Program-made: the position numbers and the translations under genes
The notes under the pieces: model-generated
What the model was told of the DNA's origin: nothing
Databases searched by the model: none
What the model saw: the letters and a program-made list of their open reading frames with translations, nothing else
Assembly: GCA_007121755.1 (NCBI GenBank)
Contig: SKJZ01000039.1
Coordinates: forward strand, 1 to 60,290
Direction of reading: 5' to 3'
From: Halorhodospira sp.
GTDB lineage: Bacteria; Pseudomonadota; Gammaproteobacteria; Nitrococcales; Halorhodospiraceae
DNA: 60,290 nucleotides
Shown here: positions 54,031 through 60,290 of the stretch, piece after piece
How the letters are laid out: each line of letters starts with the position of its first letter
Position numbering within the stretch: the stretch's first letter is position 1

Positions 54031-56235
54031 ATGGCCATCGACCTTGAGGACGATATCGTTCAGGACTTTCTGGTCGAGTCCCGGGAGATCCTGGAGCGCC
54101 TCAGTGAGCAGTTGGTCGACCTGGAGCAGCGGCCTACTGATAAAGACCTGTTGAACTCGGTCTTCCGGGGGTTCCATACCATCAAGGGTGGCGCCGGGTT
54201 TCTCGGCATGGATCCATTGGTGGATGTCTGTCATCGGACCGAGGATGTCTTCAACCTGCTCCGGAACGGAGAGAAAGAGGTCACCGCGGACCTCATGGAT
54301 ATTGTGCTGCGGGCGCTGGATGTCGTTGTCGCGCAGTTCGGTAATATCGAAAGCGGCGAGGATCCGCAAGCGGCCCCGCCGGAGTTGCTGCGTGAATTGG
54401 AGACGCACAACGTCGCCGATGGCGCGCCTGCGGCCGAACATCAACCTGCTGCAGCCCCGCCGGCGGCAGCCGGCGCGGACAGTGAGGATCCGGGGGATAT
54501 CAGCGACGCCGAGTTCGAAGAGCTGCTCGATGCGTTGGATGAGGATGGCGGCGGCGGCGCGCCAGCGGAGGCCGCCAGCGACGAGATTACCGATGACGAG
54601 TTCGAAGGGTTGCTGGATGAACTCCACGGCAACGGGCAGCACGCCGGCGTGCCTCCGGGCGTCTCGGCGAGCGCCGGTCCGCCGGAGAAGGCGGCGGCCG
54701 GCAGCGATGACGAGATAGAAGAGGAAGAGTTCGAGGCGCTGCTCGACGATATGTACGGTAAGGGGGCGGCGCCCGGTAAGCACGCCGCGCCGCCAGCCGT
54801 GGAAGCGACCGGTGCTACGCCTGCCGCCGCCAAGGCGCCGGCGGCAGAGGGCGGGCAGGCTCGCGCGGCGAAGGCCCCGTCCGAGCCTGCGGCCAAGTCC
54901 GATCCGCCGCGGGCGGCGGTGTCGCAATCCTCATCTTTGGCGCCTGCCAAGGGTGGTGGTGGGGGCGGCGGTAAAGAGCCGCCGGCCTCCAAGGGGGGCG
55001 GCGCCGCGGGAGCTGGCGGCGGTGGCGGGGCTCCGAAGGTCGAGTCCTCGGTCCGGGTCGATACCTCCAAATTGGACGAGATCATGAATTTGGTCGGTGA
55101 GCTGGTCTTGGTCCGTAACCGGCTCTCCACCCTGAGGGGGTTGTTGGACGACGACCGGATGAGCCAGGCGGTGGCCGATCTCGAGTTGGTGACGTCTGAC
55201 TTGCAGACATCGGTCATGAAGACCCGGATGCAGCCGATCAAGAAGGTCTTTGGCCGTTTTCCCCGTGTGATTCGCGACTTGGCCCGGCAGCTGGATAAAG
55301 AGGTGCGTCTGGAGACGCGGGGCGAGGATACCGATCTCGACAAGAACATGGTCGAGGCGCTTGCCGATCCGATGATCCACTTGGTACGCAATTCGGTCGA
55401 TCACGGCATCGAATCCCCGGATGAGCGGGAGAGCAAGGGAAAGCCGCGTGAGGGAGTGGTCACCCTGTCCGCTGAGCAGGAAGGGGACCATATCCTATTG
55501 ACGATCGCCGATGACGGCGCCGGGATGGATCCGCAAAAACTGCGTCGGTTGGCGGTGGAGAAAGGGGTGATGGACCAGGAGTCGGCCGCCCGTCTCGACG
55601 ACAAGGAGGCCTTCAATCTGATCTTCTACGCCGGCTTCTCCAGCAAGGAGGAGATTTCCGACGTCTCGGGGCGGGGTGTCGGCATGGATGTGGTGAAGAA
55701 CAGCTTGGCCAAGCTCAACGGTACCGTGGATATCGACTCGGAAATGGGTGTCGGTACGGTCATGAAGATCCAGTTGCCGTTGACCCTGGCCATCCTGCCG
55801 ACCCTGATGGTGAAGATCTCTGGCCGTAAGTTTGCGCTGCCGATGTCGGTGGTTCGGGAGATCTTCGAACTGAATCAGACACGTACCAACGTGGTTAACA
55901 ACCGCCTGGTGGTCTTGGTCCGCAACAAGGCCATGCCGCTCTTCTTCCTCGAACGTTGGCTCCATCAGTCGGGCGAGCCCATGCCGAGTAACCAGCAGGA
56001 CGCCGAGACCGAAGGCGAGGATGAGCGCCAAGTGGTGACTGTCATTATCGGCAATCAGGCGGTGGGTTTTGTCGTCGATGAAGTGATTGGGCTGGAGGAG
56101 GTAGTGATTAAGCCGCTCGGTGCGCTCCTTCACGGGTTGCCGGGGCTGGCCGGATCGACCATCACCGGTGACGGCCAGATCGCGCTGATTGTCGATATAC
56201 CGAGCCTGATCAAGTCGTTCGGTGCGCGCCTCTGA
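54031..56235 (+). CDS. cheA: Chemotaxis histidine kinase CheA
   Basis: Hpt domain (FRGFHTIKGGAGFLG). Dimerisation domain. HATPase boxes (HLVRNSVDHGIE, DDGAGMD, GRGVGMDVV). C-terminal CheW-like domain. Confidence 0.95.
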   Translation: MAIDLEDDIVQDFLVESREILERLSEQLVDLEQRPTDKDLLNSVFRGFHTIKGGAGFLGMDPLVDVCHRTEDVFNLLRNGEKEVTADLMDIVLRALDVVVAQFGNIESGEDPQAAPPELLRELETHNVADGAPAAEHQPAAAPPAAAGADSEDPGDISDAEFEELLDALDEDGGGGAPAEAASDEITDDEFEGLLDELHGNGQHAGVPPGVSASAGPPEKAAAGSDDEIEEEEFEALLDDMYGKGAAPGKHAAPPAVEATGATPAAAKAPAAEGGQARAAKAPSEPAAKSDPPRAAVSQSSSLAPAKGGGGGGGKEPPASKGGGAAGAGGGGGAPKVESSVRVDTSKLDEIMNLVGELVLVRNRLSTLRGLLDDDRMSQAVADLELVTSDLQTSVMKTRMQPIKKVFGRFPRVIRDLARQLDKEVRLETRGEDTDLDKNMVEALADPMIHLVRNSVDHGIESPDERESKGKPREGVVTLSAEQEGDHILLTIADDGAGMDPQKLRRLAVEKGVMDQESAARLDDKEAFNLIFYAGFSSKEEISDVSGRGVGMDVVKNSLAKLNGTVDIDSEMGVGTVMKIQLPLTLAILPTLMVKISGRKFALPMSVVREIFELNQTRTNVVNNRLVVLVRNKAMPLFFLERWLHQSGEPMPSNQQDAETEGEDERQVVTVIIGNQAVGFVVDEVIGLEEVVIKPLGALLHGLPGLAGSTITGDGQIALIVDIPSLIKSFGARL

Positions 56236-56276
56236 TGTCGCCGGGCGGCCGCCTTATTTGCCATTGGGGGGAGTGA

Positions 56277-57461
56277 GTGAGTATTCGTGTTCTGGTGGTC
56301 GACGACTCCGGATTCTTTCGTCGGCGTATTCGCGCCATGCTCGATTCGCACCCGGACCTGGAGGTCTGTGGAGAGGCCTGTAATGGGCGGGAAGCCGTCG
56401 AATTGGCGGAGAAGCTCAGGCCCGATGTCATTACGATGGATATCGAGATGCCGGAATTGGACGGCATCAGCGCAGTGCGCCAGATTATGCGCAAACGCCC
56501 CACGCCCGTGTTGATGTTCTCCTCGTTGACGTATGAGGGCGCCAGGACAACGTTGGAGGCGTTGGAAGCCGGGGCGACGGACTTCATCCCGAAACGGTTC
56601 GCCGACATCTCCGGCGATATGGATGAGGTCAGGCAGCAACTGACGTCGCGTTTGGTGGAGATGGGGCGCAAGAGGGGGGGAGCGCGGCAGTCTGTTGAAC
56701 CGTCGGCATCCACAGCAAGCGCCGACGGGGTATCAGGCGGTGAGAAGAAGATGGATGCGGCGGAGCCACCCCGCGAGGCGGTAGCATCCGGCGCATCGGC
56801 ACGGACACCGCGGCCGGGGCCATCGGCGCGGCCAGCGCCACAGCCAGCGCCCCCTGCGGCGGAGCCCCGGCGGCGGCGTGGCCCGCGAGTGAGTGATTTG
56901 GAATTGGTCGTTATCGGCTGCTCCACCGGCGGTCCCGTTGCTCTGCAGCGGGTCTTGACTCAGTTGCCGGCAGGTTTTCCGCTGCCGCTGGTGGTGATCC
57001 AGCACATGCCGGCGAGCTTTACCCCGGCGTTCGCAGAGCGGCTCAACGAGTTGTGCAAAGTCAGTGTTCGGGAGGCGAACGACGGGGATGTGGTAAGGCC
57101 GGGAGAGATCCTGCTGGCTCCTGGAGGGCGGCAGCTCGGCTTCCGCAGCGTCGGTGGGAAGTTGTCGGTGCATACCTTCGAAGGGACCCCCGATCAGTTC
57201 TATAAGCCGAGCGTGGATGTAGCCTTTAGCGAAGCGGCTCAAGTAATCCCGGGGCGGGTATTGGGGGTCGTTTTGACGGGCATGGGGTCGGACGGCGCCA
57301 AGGGCGCTCAACTGCTCAAGAAGGGCGGCTCCTGGGTCTGGGCTCAGGATGAGGCGACATCGGTGATATACGGCATGCCTGCGGCAGTGGCCAAGGCGGG
57401 CGCCGCCGATCAGGTTCTTCCATTGGATAGCGTGGGACAGGAGTTAGCGCGCCTGCGTTAG
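56277..57461 (+). CDS. cheB: Chemotaxis methylesterase/deamidase CheB
   Basis: Receiver (VLVVDDSGFFRR, ITMDIEMPELDG), P/A-rich linker and esterase motifs (GCSTGGP, HMPASFT, GMGSDG). Confidence 0.92.
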   Translation: MSIRVLVVDDSGFFRRRIRAMLDSHPDLEVCGEACNGREAVELAEKLRPDVITMDIEMPELDGISAVRQIMRKRPTPVLMFSSLTYEGARTTLEALEAGATDFIPKRFADISGDMDEVRQQLTSRLVEMGRKRGGARQSVEPSASTASADGVSGGEKKMDAAEPPREAVASGASARTPRPGPSARPAPQPAPPAAEPRRRRGPRVSDLELVVIGCSTGGPVALQRVLTQLPAGFPLPLVVIQHMPASFTPAFAERLNELCKVSVREANDGDVVRPGEILLAPGGRQLGFRSVGGKLSVHTFEGTPDQFYKPSVDVAFSEAAQVIPGRVLGVVLTGMGSDGAKGAQLLKKGGSWVWAQDEATSVIYGMPAAVAKAGAADQVLPLDSVGQELARLR

Positions 57462-57479
57462 CGGGGCGCTGAAAGCCCA

Positions 57480-58277
57480 ATGCGCATTTGGACGGTCGCA
57501 AACCAGAAAGGGGGCGTCGGCAAGACGACCGTGGCGGTCAGCCTCGGTGGTCTGTTGGCCCAACGTCGTCGGCCCACCTTGTTGGTCGATCTCGATCCAC
57601 ACGGCTCGTTGACCAGCTACTTCGGTTACGATCCGGAGACCGTGGAGCCGACGCTGTACGATCTCTTCCGTGGCGGAGGGCGGACACCTCCCGCCAGCAA
57701 GATGATCCAAGAGACGTCGGTGGAGGGGCTCTATCTGTTGCCGGCATCGACCGCGCTGGCGACCCTCGACCGCCAACTCGGCAGCCGCCACGGCATGGGG
57801 TTGGTGATCCGCCGCGGCTTGAACTCCGTGGCCGACCGTTTCGATTACACCATGTTGGACTGTCCCCCGATGCTCGGTGTGCTGATGGTCAATGCGTTGG
57901 CGGCGTGCCATCAGTTGCTGGTGCCGGTGCAGACTGAGTTTTTGGCCCTCAAGGGGCTCGATCGCATGGTGCATACCTTGGAGATGATTCAGCGCTCCCG
58001 TAGTCGCGATCTCCCGTACACCATCGTGCCCACCCTTTACGATAAGCGGACTCGCGCGGCCATAGAGGCGCTGAAGGATCTACGGCAGCGTTACGGAGAG
58101 CGGGTCTGGAGCGGGGCGATCCCGGTGGATACGCAGTTCCGGGAAGCCAGCCGCCAGGGGCTGCCGTTGACCGTGGCGCAACCGTGGTCGCGGGGCAGCA
58201 TGGCTTTCCGCAAGCTTCTCGACTATCTCCAGGAGCGCGATGTCGCGGCGTCGCCGGCGGTGGTGGACCATGAGTGA
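57480..58277 (+). CDS. ParA/MinD-family ATPase associated with chemotaxis arrays (ParC-like)
   Basis: Deviant Walker A ANQKGGVGKTT. Lies after cheB and before a CheW-domain gene and cheW, as in Vibrio parC-parP and Pseudomonas PA1462-PA1463. Confidence 0.8.
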   Translation: MRIWTVANQKGGVGKTTVAVSLGGLLAQRRRPTLLVDLDPHGSLTSYFGYDPETVEPTLYDLFRGGGRTPPASKMIQETSVEGLYLLPASTALATLDRQLGSRHGMGLVIRRGLNSVADRFDYTMLDCPPMLGVLMVNALAACHQLLVPVQTEFLALKGLDRMVHTLEMIQRSRSRDLPYTIVPTLYDKRTRAAIEALKDLRQRYGERVWSGAIPVDTQFREASRQGLPLTVAQPWSRGSMAFRKLLDYLQERDVAASPAVVDHE

Positions 58278-59151
58278 TCCGGGAGAAGAGCACGGTCCGG
58301 CGCTGCCTCGGCACCACCAAGCACTTACGGAGTATCTGGAAGAGCTACTGCGGGATGTGCCGGACGAGGAGTGGGATGTCGAGCCACCCGCCGGGCCTCC
58401 GCCCCGGCGGGCGCGCCGTACTTCTCGCGCCGATCCCGCCGGTGTTGCTGTAAAGGAGCGGGTCGAGCTTCCCCGCGCACCGTTGCCGAAGGTGGCCCCG
58501 CCGCCACCGGAACCGCCTGCGTCCCAGCCGCCTCCGGCGGCGGAGCCGGACCCGTTCCCGGAGTTCGGACCGGATCTCGAGCCGAGGTCGGAGCCGGCGG
58601 TTTCCGTGCCGGAGCCTGTGCCCGAGCCGGAACCCGCGCCTACCCCGGCGCCCGCCGGCGGGCCCGGCGGCCCCGCTGAGGGGGAAACTGAAGATCCGTT
58701 GCCGGCCTGGTCGCGGCCCTACTTCCAGGCGTTGCTGTTCCATGTCGGGCCGCTTCGCTTGGCCGTGCCGCTGATCAAGCTTCAGAGCGTGGTGCCTTGG
58801 TCGGACGAGATCTCTCCGGCGCCCCGCCAACCGGAGTGGATGCACGGGCTCTTGTTTTACCGGGGCAAACAGGTCCGAGTGGTGAATACCGCTGAGCTGG
58901 TGCTCCCCCAGGACCGGCGGCCACCGCCGGAGGAGTTGGAGCCACGCAAGCTGTTGGTGGTCGGGGACGGATGCTGGGCCTTCTCCTGTCGGGATGTCTC
59001 GGAGGTGATTAAACTCGAGCCGGACCAAGTCCAGTGGCGGTCGTCGCGGGGGCGGCGGCGGTGGCTGGCCGGCACGGTGCGGGAACACCTTTGCGCCCTT
59101 ATGGATGCCGACGCCCTTGCCGAAATGCTTGATGAGGATGGCGAGGGCTGA
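58270..59151 (+). CDS. CheW-domain protein with a Pro-rich N-terminal region (ParP-like)
   Basis: N-terminal P/E/A-rich low-complexity region. C-terminal CheW-like fold (ALLFHVGPLRLAVPLIKLQSVVPW, GLLFYRGKQVRVVNTAEL). ATGA overlap with the upstream ATPase gene. Confidence 0.7.
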   Translation: MSDPGEEHGPALPRHHQALTEYLEELLRDVPDEEWDVEPPAGPPPRRARRTSRADPAGVAVKERVELPRAPLPKVAPPPPEPPASQPPPAAEPDPFPEFGPDLEPRSEPAVSVPEPVPEPEPAPTPAPAGGPGGPAEGETEDPLPAWSRPYFQALLFHVGPLRLAVPLIKLQSVVPWSDEISPAPRQPEWMHGLLFYRGKQVRVVNTAELVLPQDRRPPPEELEPRKLLVVGDGCWAFSCRDVSEVIKLEPDQVQWRSSRGRRRWLAGTVREHLCALMDADALAEMLDEDGEG

Positions 59152-59269
59152 TTTCCTGTACGGATGGTCTGGTCTTGGTGGAGACCAGGGGGCAGAATGA
59201 GGCCTGTGACAGCGAGCAGTAGCTCTCGATTACGGTCGTATACCTTTAGCGGACGGGTGATGTAGTCCC

Positions 59270-59773
59270 ATGGCACAACAAACACAGCAAGCACAGAAGC
59301 AAGAAGAGCAGGAGCAGCATGAAGGCCCGGTCAGCCAGTGGGTGACCTTCGGACTCGATGACGAGAGTTACGGCATCAACGTCATGCAGGTCCAGGAGGT
59401 GCTGCCGCCGTCGGAGATTGCCCCTGTGCCGGGTGCGCCCCACTTCGTGATGGGCATCATTAATCTGCGCGGCAAGGTGGTTACGGTCGTCGATACCCGT
59501 CTGCGGTTCGGCTTGCCCACCCGGGAACCGGATAAGGAGAGCCGGATCGTCGTTATCGAGGCGAACAACAACATCGCCGGGGTTATGGTCGACAGTGTCG
59601 CCGAGGTGGCGACGGTCAAGGAGTCCGAGATCGACACCGCTCCCAATGTAGGCAACGAGGAGTCGTCGCGTTATATCTACGGGGTGGTCAGCCGGAAGGA
59701 CGGCCTGTTGATCCTGGTGGACGCGAACAAGCTGCTCACCGATGAGGAGTGGCAAGAGGTCTCTACGATCTGA
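59270..59773 (+). CDS. cheW: Chemotaxis coupling protein CheW
   Basis: WVTFGLDDESYGINVMQVQEVL, GIINLRGKVVTVVDTRLRFG, GLLILVDANKLL. Confidence 0.92.
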   Translation: MAQQTQQAQKQEEQEQHEGPVSQWVTFGLDDESYGINVMQVQEVLPPSEIAPVPGAPHFVMGIINLRGKVVTVVDTRLRFGLPTREPDKESRIVVIEANNNIAGVMVDSVAEVATVKESEIDTAPNVGNEESSRYIYGVVSRKDGLLILVDANKLLTDEEWQEVSTI

Positions 59774-59820
59774 GGGGGTCCCGAAATACCGGCCGGAGGA
59801 GGCGGCTTTTCGAGACCCCC
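59774..59820. terminator. Stem-loop between convergent cheW and the CorC-like gene
   Basis: GGGGGTC-N33-GACCCCC with internal GC-rich pairing and a TTTT in the loop. Weak. Confidence 0.3.
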
Positions 59821-59837
59821 CTTGAGTTCGACCGATC

Positions 59838-60290
59838 CTACGGTGCCGGCCCCGCGGGCCGGACCCGGTAAGGCTGGATCTCGGCCGCCTTTACCCGATT
59901 GCCGTGAGTCTGAATGATGGTCACCGGGTAGCCGTCGAGCAGAAGGCTGGTGCCTGCCTCCGGAATGCTCTCCAGCTTCTCCAAGATCAAGCCGTTCAGG
60001 GTGCGAGGGCCGCTGGTGCTCAGGTCCGCGCCGAGCAGGCGGTTGAGTTCCCGCACGCCGATGCTGCCTTCCACGACCAGCGTTCCGTCTTCACGGCGTT
60101 GGGCTGAACGAGACTGCTCGTGCGGATCGGTGGTGAATTCCCCCACGATCTCCTCAAGGATATCTTCAAGCGCGGCCAATCCCAAGATTTCGCCGTACTC
60201 ATCGACTACCAGTCCGACGCGGGTGCGGTGCTGCTGGAAGTTCACCAGTTGCGTGTGGAGGCCGGTGCCTTCCGGGATAAACAACGGTTC
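59838..60290 (-). CDS. Partial CBS + CorC_HlyC transporter-associated domain protein (CNNM/TlyC family); N-terminus lies beyond the window end
   Basis: VVDEYGEILGLAALEDILEEIVGEF is the CBS to CorC_HlyC junction motif. The ORF is open to the window edge. Confidence 0.75.
   Translation of the reverse strand, partial: EPLFIPEGTGLHTQLVNFQQHRTRVGLVVDEYGEILGLAALEDILEEIVGEFTTDPHEQSRSAQRREDGTLVVEGSIGVRELNRLLGADLSTSGPRTLNGLILEKLESIPEAGTSLLLDGYPVTIIQTHGNRVKAAEIQPYRVRPAGPAP

Noticed and set aside
54900-55040. Gly-rich coding repeats (GGGGGGK, GGGAAGAGGGGG in CheA; GQGQGQ in FlhA; Pro-rich repeats in the ParP-like protein) considered as CRISPR-like or tandem-repeat loci.
   Set aside because: They are in frame within clearly identified genes, irregular in period, and lack a repeat-spacer architecture. 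This is low-complexity protein linker sequence, not a CRISPR array.

Overview
High-GC segment (about two-thirds G+C by eye) that is almost entirely one polar-flagellum and chemotaxis supercluster with Pseudomonas/Vibrio-like gene order.

Gene order:
- Minus strand: PAS-GGDEF-EAL, flgN, flgM, flgA.
- Plus strand: cheV, cheR, flgBCDEFGHIJKL, a TonB-dependent receptor, two tandem flagellins, flaG, fliD, fliS, a fliT-like gene, fleQ, a fleR-like gene, fliEFGHIJK.
- Minus strand: a 4-gene metal-uptake module (outer-membrane barrel, ZnuA-, ZnuC- and ZnuB-like).
- Plus strand: fliLMNOPQR, flhB, flhA, flhF, fleN, fliA, cheYZAB, a ParC-like ATPase, a ParP-like CheW-domain protein, cheW.
- Minus strand at the window end: a partial CBS/CorC_HlyC gene.

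Five sigma54-type (GG-N10-GC) and four good sigma28-type (TAAAGTTT-N11-GCCGATAA) promoters can be read directly in the intergenic regions. I see no rRNA, tRNA, CRISPR array, transposase or integrase. Every gap over about 200 bp is accounted for, so I do not see a hidden multi-gene system such as a defence island.

The most unusual items:
1. A 138-nt element with perfect 38-bp terminal inverted repeats and two GGGA-capped inner hairpins between fliR and flhB.
2. A FleR-type activator with a degenerate receiver domain and no FleS kinase gene.
3. Two metal-acquisition insertions that break flagellar synteny, one next to a perfect 18-bp palindrome.
4. Lineage-specific insertions or tails in FlgC, FliM and FliH.
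5. G9 and G8 homopolymer tracts inside fliN and the fleR-like gene.
6. Stacked perfect palindromes overlapping the fliD sigma54 promoter.

All functional calls come from reading motifs and synteny by eye. No database search was run.
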